Shown one piece after another: positions 1 through 8,189 of a DNA stretch of 64,000 nucleotides. The notes beneath the pieces are model-generated. The model saw only the letters and a list, made by a program, of their open reading frames with translations, had not been told where the DNA came from and made no database searches. Position 1 is the stretch's first letter. Each line of letters starts with the position of its first letter. Where the stretch lies: positions 320,001 to 384,000 of the forward strand of contig OZ218778.1 in the NCBI GenBank assembly GCA_965112635.1, given 5' to 3'. A program made the translations under genes and the position numbers. Origin of the DNA: an uncultured bacterium (lineage in GTDB: Bacteria; Oederibacteriota; Oederibacteriia; Oederibacteriales; Oederibacteriaceae).

Positions 1-851
1 TGATGGTTAAATTCCTGTAAAGAACCCTTTCCCGTGACCAACAAACCCAGCTGGCGGAGATCCTGGGGTAAACTTGAATTGACATACTGATAAACTTCCT
101 TATCCATGGTCATGGCGTTAGACAAAAAAGGGGTGGCCAAGATCAAAAAGGGCGCGGCTAGCGCCAGAGCATGTTTCCAGCAAAATTGTTTCACGGTTTT
201 TCTTTGCCGGGCATCAGCTATCAGCAGGATAAGACCCATTGCGACGCACCAAAATACAGCAATATGTTCCACCCACGCTTGCAGGCCCAGAAAAACAGAC
301 GCCCAAAAAGCGTCCCTGGCCTCACCCTGCCTGATGAATTTGGTCCAGAACAAGAGGAAAAAAGGCATGGCGGACGTGGACACCACTGCCACATGACCTC
401 CTGCGGCGTGTCCCATCCGCAAAGGAGCAAACCCAAAAATGAACCCTGCGACCATGCCCGCCCAAAAACTCAAGCCGTAATATCTCGCAAGTAAATAAAC
501 TCCCCAACCGGAGAAGCAAAAGGAAAGAAAATAACCCAGATTAAAAGCGCCAATGAGTCCAAGAAAAGGCTGGAGAATAAATTGTGCTAATCCATGCAAA
601 GGAATTGTTCCATCATAAGCCATGCTGATACCGTAGGGGAAAAGGATCATCCGCGTGAAAAAAGGGTTCTTGAGCAGTCCGACCGCGTGCTGGAAATGCC
701 AGGCTGCCCAGAGCATTCCCTCAATGTCTGAAGACCCCAGCAAGTGTGTCCCAAAATGCAGGATCCAGGGAAAAGTATAGAGACCGGTCAATAGGATGAA
801 TAAAGCAAAGGCCAGGCAATGCCCCTGCCTAGGGGAGTTGACGCGCTTCAT
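1..851 (-). CDS. Polytopic membrane protein, GT-C/YfhO-like glycosyltransferase candidate (3'-truncated by window edge)
   Basis: Not in the ORF track. Manual translation from ATG 851 is open to base 1: MKRVNSPRQGHCLAFALFILLTGLYTFPWILHFGTHLLGSSDIEGMLWAAWHFQ...NPFFTRMILFPYG... with many TM segments. Confidence 0.6.
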   Translation of the reverse strand, partial: MKRVNSPRQGHCLAFALFILLTGLYTFPWILHFGTHLLGSSDIEGMLWAAWHFQHAVGLLKNPFFTRMILFPYGISMAYDGTIPLHGLAQFILQPFLGLIGAFNLGYFLSFCFSGWGVYLLARYYGLSFWAGMVAGFIFGFAPLRMGHAAGGHVAVVSTSAMPFFLLFWTKFIRQGEARDAFWASVFLGLQAWVEHIAVFWCVAMGLILLIADARQRKTVKQFCWKHALALAAPFLILATPFLSNAMTMDKEVYQYVNSSLPQDLRQLGLLVTGKGSLQEFNH

Positions 852-912
852 TTTTATTTTTATTTTGAACATTCGGCACCATTAGTCAGTGATCGGCAAA
901 ACTCAAGGTTGA

Positions 913-1983
913 CTAGGAATTGAACTCCCGGACCGCTTCAAGCATGGCCAAATAATTGGGGACTGGGATATAATTGGCGACCGTGTTTCCGCTGCCGGCC
1001 GCATAACCGCCGGTTGGAGCGCAAGCCTCCAATATCCTCTTAGTGTGTTCTTTGATCTCGCTAGGGGTGTGCCTGCACAGGAAATCCACGTCCACGCCTC
1101 CGAAAAGGGCCACCCTGCTCCCCCACCGCTTTTTAGCTTCCGTGACAGGCATGATGACATCCTCGAACGAATGCTTGGCGTCGATCTTCACGTCGTCGAT
1201 CAGGTCATCCATGATGTCCTGGAGCTGTCCGCAGCTGTGTAGCAAGAAGGGTTTCCCGTTCCGGTGGGCCGCCTCGACGACCTTTTTTTGCCAGGGGAAA
1301 ACGTACTGACGCAGGACTTTGGGAGACAGCATAGTGGTGGTTTTATAGCCCAGGTCATCCCCGAACCGGTACACTCCCACGGCATCCATCTTGGACAAAC
1401 GCTCGGCGATTCCTACGATGGTCTTGCCGATCTTTTCAAAAAGTTTGGTGACGAACTCCTCATCCTCATAAACCTTGATGCACAGAGGCTCCAGCCCCAC
1501 CATGAACGAAGCGTGTTCAAAGGGCCCTCCGGAAGCACCCCCGATGATCTTCATCCCCGGCGGTAAAAGCTTGGCTATCTTTTCAAACAACGGGTAATCA
1601 AAAGCCTTGTCTCCTTCAGGCCAGTTGGCCGGATTTTCCAGGTCTTCCATGGTTCTGAGGATCCCGTTTTGTTCATTGACCCAGCTGCGGTTCCCCTTAG
1701 TATAGACCGCAGTATCCTCTACGGTCAGGTTTGGGTTTTCGGCAAAATTGGGGCTGTATTCTACCGGAAGATAGTCATAACCCAACTGCTGATAAAATGA
1801 AAGTCTATGACGCCAAAGCTGGACTTGGCCGTCCATGGTGGAACGGGCTATTTTGGAAAAATCAAAACCCATGACCGCTTCAATAATCTCATCGTCAGCG
1901 AAATGTTCATAAAGCGGGACTTTTGCAGGGACACCTTTGCGGGTAACGGCTTGCAGAATTAGATTAAAATCCGGTTTCATCAC
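913..1983 (-). CDS. Uroporphyrinogen decarboxylase / MtaA-CmuA methyltransferase family protein
   Basis: GDDLGYK, LLHSCG, FGGVDVD and GGYAAGSGN motifs. Start moved to GTG 1983 (or ATG 1980) after SD AAGGAG, because the longer ORF overlaps the tRNA. Confidence 0.85.
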   Translation of the reverse strand: MMKPDFNLILQAVTRKGVPAKVPLYEHFADDEIIEAVMGFDFSKIARSTMDGQVQLWRHRLSFYQQLGYDYLPVEYSPNFAENPNLTVEDTAVYTKGNRSWVNEQNGILRTMEDLENPANWPEGDKAFDYPLFEKIAKLLPPGMKIIGGASGGPFEHASFMVGLEPLCIKVYEDEEFVTKLFEKIGKTIVGIAERLSKMDAVGVYRFGDDLGYKTTTMLSPKVLRQYVFPWQKKVVEAAHRNGKPFLLHSCGQLQDIMDDLIDDVKIDAKHSFEDVIMPVTEAKKRWGSRVALFGGVDVDFLCRHTPSEIKEHTKRILEACAPTGGYAAGSGNTVANYIPVPNYLAMLEAVREFNS

Positions 1984-2000
1984 ATTTCTCCTTACTAAAT

Positions 2001-2077
2001 TGGTGGGCCCTGTAGGACTCGAACCTACGACCAAGAGATTATGAGTCTCCTGCTCTGACCAACTGAGCTAAGGGCCC
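2001..2077 (-). tRNA. tRNA-Ile2 (anticodon CAT, lysidine type), CCA encoded
   Basis: GGGCCCTTAGCTCAGTTGGTCAGAGCAGGAGACT-CAT-AATCTCTTGGTCGTAGGTTCGAGTCCTACAGGGCCCACCA; canonical cloverleaf resembling ileX rather than Met tRNAs. Confidence 0.92.
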
Positions 2078-2090
2078 GATCAAAAATATA

Positions 2091-2293
2091 ATAATGCGTT
2101 TCCGCTAGAGGGCCTTTAAGTCGTAACAGCTTTACGACTAAAGGGCCCCACACCTTTACGCCAAAGGGCGCAACTTTAATAATGCGTTTCCTCTCGTGGA
2201 GCCCTTATATCGAACAACGGTTCGATAAACAGGGCCCATGCGTTTAATTGCTCGGATCCTTAATTCGCAACAGTCTTGCTAATAAAGGGACTC
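2091..2293. repeat. Three tandem related hairpins, each preceded by ATGCGTTT
   Basis: ATGCGTTT at 2094, 2182 and 2238; hairpins at ~2110-2148, ~2198-2237 and ~2254-2292. Confidence 0.7.
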
Positions 2294-2427
2294 AAATAAA
2301 AATAATAATCCGTTTTTCTATGCTGAATAAGTGTTTTTCACGATCATTCAGCAGACTGCTACTCCGAGACTCTCTTTTGTACCCCTGCGGGGTACGCCTT
2401 CGGCGATCGAGGAATCTCATCCTTCTT

Positions 2428-2574
2428 AGTGAGCTGAAAAAGTCTCTCAATAGACTCTTTACACTCTTTATAGCCCTCGCATGAGGGGTCCCCGCACAGG
2501 CTCACGAGCTCAAGCTCGCATGCTTGAGCATGTGCCTGCGCACCTGGAGGGCGTGGGGACTTTTGCAGCGGACT
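2428..2574. mobile_element. MITE/REP-like palindromic element (~147 bp)
   Basis: Imperfect terminal inverted repeats AGTGAGCTGAAAAAGTC / GACTTTTGCAGCGGACT; nested stems GCCCTC/GAGGGC and GCTCAAGC/GCTTGAGC; no transposase. Confidence 0.55.
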
Positions 2575-2575
2575 G

Positions 2576-3070
2576 TTAATTCTTTTTGTCCGGCTCAAAA
2601 TTCTTTTCATTGAAAAAACTCAATATTCTTTCCGGTTTTTTGGGGAGCGCGTCGCCCGGGATCCTGTCGCACTCGATCTTGGTCAGGAACGAGTAGAGCT
2701 GCTTGGCGGTATATTCGACGATGCCCTTGATCTTGGCCAAAGCGCCGAGGTCTTCAAAAAGGATGACCAGGACGCTTCTTTCTGAAACACGCTTCATATA
2801 AATGTTCTTGTTTTCCCCTTCATGGAAGAGCACCTTGATCTTCTCGTCCCCCAGGTATTTGGCCAGTTCATCGGTGACCAGGAAGTTACAGGCGATCAAA
2901 GAAGCCAGCTCAGCCGGATTTCCGGCCCTCATGCGGCCCTCTCTCGTGATCAGGGCCCCGGACTCATCGATAATGTAGGCCTCGCTGGCTTCGGAACGCG
3001 ACAACAATTCGGCCAGATAGCGGTTGAGCACCTGGGTCATTTGGGAAGATATGAACAAATTTCGTTTCAT
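2576..3070 (-). CDS. mglB: Roadblock/LC7 domain protein (MglB-like)
   Basis: AYIIDESGALI...LASLIACNFLVTDELAKYLGDEKIKVLFHEGENKNIY...LVILF pattern; last gene of the mglA operon. Confidence 0.8.
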   Translation of the reverse strand: MKRNLFISSQMTQVLNRYLAELLSRSEASEAYIIDESGALITREGRMRAGNPAELASLIACNFLVTDELAKYLGDEKIKVLFHEGENKNIYMKRVSERSVLVILFEDLGALAKIKGIVEYTAKQLYSFLTKIECDRIPGDALPKKPERILSFFNEKNFEPDKKN

Positions 3071-3112
3071 CGGGCACGATCCTTCCGGGAAGCCGGGGGT
3101 CTGGCGCGGCGG

Positions 3113-3472
3113 CTACCCCATTTTACGGTAATAGAGCCAGCCGCCCAACAGGGTCAAAAGCCCCGCCAGCAGCAGGCAGAACATCGAAACGGTACGCAGT
3201 TTCATGCTGAGCTTATAAAATTCGGGGTCCACGGCTATGTATTTAACGATGAACAGGTTCGTAAAAAAATGGATCGCGGCGGAGATGACCAGGAGCAGGG
3301 AGCCTATGAACGGCAGGACCTCCAGGAACCGGCGTTCGATCAGGCCGAGCAACCTCCCCACGACCAACCCGTACAGGACCATGGCCAGGGCCAGCAATAA
3401 AAGGGCCGCCTCGTAAATAAAATGCCCGCGGGGCACCCCATGCAGCAAGGCGCGGAAATTCAACATGAACAT
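3113..3472 (-). CDS. Small 3-TM membrane protein, unknown function
   Basis: 119 aa with three hydrophobic segments; directly abuts the stop of the upstream gene. Confidence 0.7.
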   Translation of the reverse strand: MFMLNFRALLHGVPRGHFIYEAALLLLALAMVLYGLVVGRLLGLIERRFLEVLPFIGSLLLVISAAIHFFTNLFIVKYIAVDPEFYKLSMKLRTVSMFCLLLAGLLTLLGGWLYYRKMG

Positions 3473-3853
3473 TTAAAACTCCCAGTCTTTCTTAAAATGG
3501 GACAGCCTGGCCAGCGTCCGGTAGACCAGATAGCACCCGACCGCGCAGGAGATCCCTGATAAAAAAAGGAGGACATAGGCGATCTGTCTTTCCAAAATAA
3601 ATTCAACCACGCCGCCCTGCCCCGGGCCGGCCTGGACCAGGGTATAGACGGTATACAAAAGGATGCCCGAGGGGCCCCATTGCAGCAGTTGCCAGCCGGT
3701 CGGCGTCTCAAAGGAACGCTCCAGCTGGCGGGCGATCAGGCCGAGCATAAAAAAGGCCGCCCACAGCGCGACCCCTCCCAGGACCGCGACATAATTGGTC
3801 AGGGTGATATAGAGCAAATATTCGTTCGTGGACAGCAAAGATTTTATCATCAA
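3473..3853 (-). CDS. Small 3-TM membrane protein, unknown function
   Basis: 126 aa with three hydrophobic segments; ATGA overlap with the upstream gene. Confidence 0.7.
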   Translation of the reverse strand: MMIKSLLSTNEYLLYITLTNYVAVLGGVALWAAFFMLGLIARQLERSFETPTGWQLLQWGPSGILLYTVYTLVQAGPGQGGVVEFILERQIAYVLLFLSGISCAVGCYLVYRTLARLSHFKKDWEF

Positions 3854-4704
3854 ATCTCCAGGTCGATGATCCGGGAAAAAAGGTTCTTTATTTCCAGGGA
3901 AAGGGTGTCCGACTTACGCGCCCCGACCAAAGAACGGCAGCGGCGTTTTAACCCGTCGTGCAGCCGGTAGAACTGTTCCCTGGTAAAGCTTTTCAGGTGG
4001 GGCAGCCTCTTTTTGAAGTTCTGGTATTCAAGAAAAAGAAGATAAGATCCGTACCCGGGGATGAATTTCTCGCAGATGCCGCGCATTTCCTCCAAAACCC
4101 TTTTTTTCTGCAGGGTCAGGTCCACGGTCCTCATGGTGTGGGTGCCGGGACAATCCCAGCGGGTCCAGGACGCACCGGCGCCGGAAAGATCGGCCAACGG
4201 GAGCTGTTCCAGGAGCTGGTCATAGGGCGGCGAGAAAAAACCCACGATATTCCCGTCAGCGCAATAAACATAATGCTGTTCCCCCTCTTTTTCCAGCAAA
4301 AGCCCGGAAAGGGCCGTGTTTCTTTCCACAAAATTTTTAAGCTCCGGGATGGTCCTGGGGATCTCCCCGGGAGGGACGGTCCGGCCCGTCCCATGAATCA
4401 AACCCAATAAGGAAGACAGCAGGTCATAATCTATCTTGCAGATGTCCAGAAAAGCCCGGCTGGACTTGATCTTATCCAGCACCTTCACCAGGCCGTCCAG
4501 CCCCAAAGTTCGGTCCCCCTCGTATTCAAATAAGGCCGCGATCAATTCACTATCCCTGATAAAGATCAATCCTTCGGCATCGTCAAAAACGGCCCTGACA
4601 TAGCCGACGAAATTTTCCGAGCCCAGGCTGCCCAGGACCTGGCCGATATTAACATAGGTGGTATCGAGGTTTTTCTGGAGGACCTTGCCTTTGGGATACC
4701 GCAT
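3850..4704 (-). CDS. DUF2226/PatA-N-like domain protein
   Basis: N-terminus MRYPKGKVLQKNLDTTYVNI...FVGYVR...EGLIFIRDSELIAA resembles DUF2226/DUF4388-type domains; translationally coupled on both sides. Confidence 0.55.
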   Translation of the reverse strand: MRYPKGKVLQKNLDTTYVNIGQVLGSLGSENFVGYVRAVFDDAEGLIFIRDSELIAALFEYEGDRTLGLDGLVKVLDKIKSSRAFLDICKIDYDLLSSLLGLIHGTGRTVPPGEIPRTIPELKNFVERNTALSGLLLEKEGEQHYVYCADGNIVGFFSPPYDQLLEQLPLADLSGAGASWTRWDCPGTHTMRTVDLTLQKKRVLEEMRGICEKFIPGYGSYLLFLEYQNFKKRLPHLKSFTREQFYRLHDGLKRRCRSLVGARKSDTLSLEIKNLFSRIIDLEI

Positions 4705-5975
4705 CAGCTGTACATCCCCCCGTCCTGGTCCGGATCGAAAGAGCTTTGGCTCATTCTTTTGATCTCTTCCAGGAACCAGTTTATCTTGTTGACCATCTCC
4801 AGCTCATGGACCTTGTGAATGTTTTTTTGGATGGCCATCCTCCACTTGTTATAAAGTTCCAGGGCCGCCTCATCCCCGAATATCCTCTTTGCAATGGAAA
4901 ACCGGTTCCGGAGAAAATCAAAAAATGAATAAATAAAGATATCCTTTTCCTCATAATCGCCCAATATCCTGGAGGCATCCAGCTTCAGGAACATGAACTG
5001 CGCCTCCGGACCGGTCTTATCCAGCAGGAAATAGTTTTTACTGAAGAGAGGTCTGTCCACATGGTCCAAAACTTTCTGCGCGTGTTCTCCCAGCTGGGCC
5101 GTAAAAATATTATTGCTCTGTTCGATCAGGCTGTTGAAAAATACCAATGGGACCGAATCTTTTCTCTGCCCGGCGGGCTCCGGGGCCGGCTTTCCAGGCT
5201 TTACCGGCTGCGCGGTGTTTTCGAGGGGAGCCAGGTTCTTTTCATAGGCCTTCAACAGGCCCGCCTCGATCTCCACAGCCAGCTCTTCCTCTTTTTCGCG
5301 CTGATCCGTTGTTTGCAGCCTGATCAGGGCCTGGACTTTCGCTCCCAGTTCTTTCCAGACTTCCGGATATTTTTTGTCGATACCGGTCGCCAAACTGTCT
5401 TCGATCAGGTTTTTGATCCGCCAGATCTTCCTGACCAGGATAGGGGATACCGGCGCGGCAGGGTCCTGGCCGGCCGCCGGCTGTTCGTCCGGTCCGGCCT
5501 CTTCATCATCATAAAAGGATTCTTTGAACGATTCAAGGCCGACCACTTTTTTTTCGCACCGGTCCAGGATTCTTTTCAGTGCATTCTGGGTCTCTTTCAC
5601 TTTGGCCCTGATCTGCCCCAGCAAATTTGCGTGTTCGAACAGGATGATGAGAAGCGTCTCTTCACTGACCGACTGGAGATAGGCGCTGAGTTGCTTGTCC
5701 CTCTGGAAGATCAGCGAAAAACTTTTTTCTCCGACCTTCTTGGCCACTTCTTTGGTGGTGGCGTAATCCCCGGCCGCCAGCGCGGCAATGGTCGTCAAAT
5801 TTTTGTCCTTGGACTCGCCGGCATAGGCAATGACCTTCCCTGCCGTATCAATGAGCACCCCGAGGTTCACCTCATGGTCGCTGGAGTCCAGCAGCTTCTC
5901 CAGGGTCTCCTGGATGGCGGTTAGGGCCTCGTCCGGGATCAGAACATTAACATTACCGTCCTTGAGTTCTAACAT
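4704..5975 (-). CDS. MglB-like roadblock protein with ~280-aa C-terminal extension
   Basis: N-terminal VLIDTAGKVIA...IAALAAGDYATTKEVAKKVGEKSFSLIFQ; acidic/Pro linker followed by helical domains. Confidence 0.75.
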   Translation of the reverse strand: MLELKDGNVNVLIPDEALTAIQETLEKLLDSSDHEVNLGVLIDTAGKVIAYAGESKDKNLTTIAALAAGDYATTKEVAKKVGEKSFSLIFQRDKQLSAYLQSVSEETLLIILFEHANLLGQIRAKVKETQNALKRILDRCEKKVVGLESFKESFYDDEEAGPDEQPAAGQDPAAPVSPILVRKIWRIKNLIEDSLATGIDKKYPEVWKELGAKVQALIRLQTTDQREKEEELAVEIEAGLLKAYEKNLAPLENTAQPVKPGKPAPEPAGQRKDSVPLVFFNSLIEQSNNIFTAQLGEHAQKVLDHVDRPLFSKNYFLLDKTGPEAQFMFLKLDASRILGDYEEKDIFIYSFFDFLRNRFSIAKRIFGDEAALELYNKWRMAIQKNIHKVHELEMVNKINWFLEEIKRMSQSSFDPDQDGGMYS

Positions 5976-5994
5976 GCGACTAGAGGTCCTTTCC

Positions 5995-6576
5995 TCATTG
6001 GTAAACTCGCTGGAGAGCCAGTTCTGTCGCGGTCCTCAGGGTATCCATGACCCCGACCCCGTGCCTGGCAATGGCCTGATGGTAAGGATCACCGTTGGGA
6101 TTGAACCGGGATTGCAGCTCTGCGAGAGACAAACTCTTTTGAATATCGGCTTTGTTGTATTGGATCACCCGGGGGATATCCTGAGGGGCGACCTCGATCG
6201 CCTTGAGGTCTTGTTCCAGTAATTTCAGGCTTTGCTCGTTTTCCTCGGCCTTCGAGGCCTGGGAATCCACGACAATGACAATGACATCAGAGCCTTTCAG
6301 GATGAGTTTGCGGCTGGCGTCATAGTATTGCTGGCCGGGCAGGGTATAGAGATGCACATAGATCCTGTAACCGTCTATATTCCCCAGCATGACCAGTAAA
6401 AAATCAAAGAAAAGAGTGCGTTCGGTCGCTGTGTCCAGGGTCAGCAAATCTCCCCTCATGCTCGGAGAAACATACTTGCATATCTCTCTTAGATTGGTTG
6501 TTTTGCCGCCAAGACCGACCCCGTGATAAGCGATCTTGAAAACGATCTCCTTGGTTTGTTGATTAACGGTAGCCAT
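5995..6576 (-). CDS. mglA: MglA-family small Ras-like GTPase
   Basis: KIAYHGVGLGGKTTNL (G1), ERTLFFDF, YTLPGQ (G3), YNKAD (G4). Confidence 0.93.
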   Translation of the reverse strand: MATVNQQTKEIVFKIAYHGVGLGGKTTNLREICKYVSPSMRGDLLTLDTATERTLFFDFLLVMLGNIDGYRIYVHLYTLPGQQYYDASRKLILKGSDVIVIVVDSQASKAEENEQSLKLLEQDLKAIEVAPQDIPRVIQYNKADIQKSLSLAELQSRFNPNGDPYHQAIARHGVGVMDTLRTATELALQRVYQ

Positions 6577-6749
6577 GATCTTTTAACCTTTTCCTGTCTC
6601 ATTGCGAATTGGAAATATGAGAATTCGGTTAATTCTACAATGCCTTCCTTGGCTTCTGCAAGCTATTACTGGGGACTTAGAGTCGGGTCCTGTGAATGAG
6701 GGTGGGGAACAGCTGCGGACTTGCCTGTAAAAGATGAAAAAAAACGGCA

Positions 6750-8189
6750 CTACCAGCGGATCGCTCCGCCCAGCTCATCGTTGATCTTGGAATGGGCCTG
6801 ACCTACCAGGTCCGAGGCCTTGGAGATCTTATCATTAGTCAGGTCAAAATTCCCCTGATTCACGGCCTGGCTGGCCTCGTCCAGATCGGCATCGATCTGG
6901 CTGAGCAGTTCCGTGACCAAAGAACCATACCCCCTTCTCTGGATCTCCTGGACAGCCTCCCGTTGCTTCTCTATCTGGACCGACAGTTTTTTGACCATCG
7001 CCTGATCAGGAGTAAGCGTGGCTGTGGGAAGAGGAGTGAAAGTTTCCGTGGGTGTGGAGGTGGGCCTATGTTTGTGCCGGATAACCGGTGTCGGGGTTGG
7101 AGTCACGGTGGGCTGGCTGGTGGGTAATGGAGTCGCGGTCGGACTATAACCGCCCCTGGGACCTCCAGCAGGAAGGTTCGCGGGAGTTTTAGCCGGAACA
7201 CCCGGAACCTGTTTGTGGGGTGCTAGGTTCCCCTCTTGCTGGCCCCATCCCCTTCCGGTTGAAAATCCATAGGACAAACTGGCCAGATGGCTCATGCCCA
7301 GGTCGCCCCAGAGCGAAAGAGCATAATCCAGTTTCCACGTGTCATAATAAAAGCCCACTCCCGTATAAAGGCCGGCAAGGCCATCCAGCATCCGGTCATT
7401 CAGATCATAAGCATATCCCGTTCTGAGCGCCAGGAAAGACAAGACCCTGTACTCCCCTCCCATCCTGATCTCAGGATCATCATCCATATCTTTGGTTAGA
7501 TCGGCGTCGATCAGCAGATGGTGGTCCAGGGTACTCGTAGCCACTCCCAGCCTGAGCAGGGCAGCCTGGTCACTGCCCACGGAACGGAACTTCACAGGCT
7601 GTCCGATATTCCCAAAATACAAACCCGCCTGCATCCAGGAAGAGAGCTGATAAACCAGACCAAGGTCGACGGAAAAGGCGCTGGCGCTGTCAATGTCGAT
7701 GATCTCCTGGGCCATTTTTAAGGCCAATCCCACGGAAAGGTCGTCATTGAGCTCCAGACCGTAGCCGAGGGTATAGGCATAATCGCTAACGGTAAAGGAA
7801 CCGATCGGCCTATCATTCTCGTCATAAGCGTCTATCGGGGGACCTTGTAGGACAAAGACGCTTCCGGCGATGGTTCCAAAATTTTTCAGGGGCAAGGCCA
7901 CGGCTCCCGCGGAATAGCTCATATTGGCGAGATAACTGCTGAAGCCCAGTAGAACCTCCGTGTTCTTCAGGGACCCCAGTCCGCCGGGATTATAGAACAA
8001 CGAGTTGACATCCGTGGCGCAGGCTGTGTAGGCGCCTGCCATCCCCATGGGCCTGCCTCCAGATTCCAGATTCAAAAAGGTAAGCGAGTTCTGGCCTCCG
8101 CTGGTGCCCCGCATCTGGGGAGGCAGAATAAGAGTCATCGACACCAGCAGCATAAGCATCCAGACGTTGTTTTTGGGGCTCATTTTCAT
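6750..8189 (-). CDS. PorV/PorQ (UPF0164)-family outer-membrane beta-barrel with Pro/Thr linker and C-terminal helical domain
   Basis: Signal peptide; FLNLESGGRPMGMAGAYTA...SLFYNPGGL; barrel end LDYA...DLGMSHLASLSYGF; ~165-aa tail. Confidence 0.8.
   Translation of the reverse strand: MKMSPKNNVWMLMLLVSMTLILPPQMRGTSGGQNSLTFLNLESGGRPMGMAGAYTACATDVNSLFYNPGGLGSLKNTEVLLGFSSYLANMSYSAGAVALPLKNFGTIAGSVFVLQGPPIDAYDENDRPIGSFTVSDYAYTLGYGLELNDDLSVGLALKMAQEIIDIDSASAFSVDLGLVYQLSSWMQAGLYFGNIGQPVKFRSVGSDQAALLRLGVATSTLDHHLLIDADLTKDMDDDPEIRMGGEYRVLSFLALRTGYAYDLNDRMLDGLAGLYTGVGFYYDTWKLDYALSLWGDLGMSHLASLSYGFSTGRGWGQQEGNLAPHKQVPGVPAKTPANLPAGGPRGGYSPTATPLPTSQPTVTPTPTPVIRHKHRPTSTPTETFTPLPTATLTPDQAMVKKLSVQIEKQREAVQEIQRRGYGSLVTELLSQIDADLDEASQAVNQGNFDLTNDKISKASDLVGQAHSKINDELGGAIRW

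Noticed and set aside
1984-2034. N-terminal extension of the URO-D ORF in the track
   Set aside because: Overlaps the tRNA; a good SD precedes GTG 1983/ATG 1980.
2001-2077. tRNA as an island integration site
   Set aside because: I found no integrase and no duplicated tRNA 3' end in the window.
2091-2293. CRISPR mini-array
   Set aside because: Repeats are too divergent, spacing is irregular (88 and 56 bp), and there are no cas genes.
2359-2610. 83-aa ORF
   Set aside because: Runs through the palindromic MITE/REP DNA, overlaps mglB and has no recognisable motifs.
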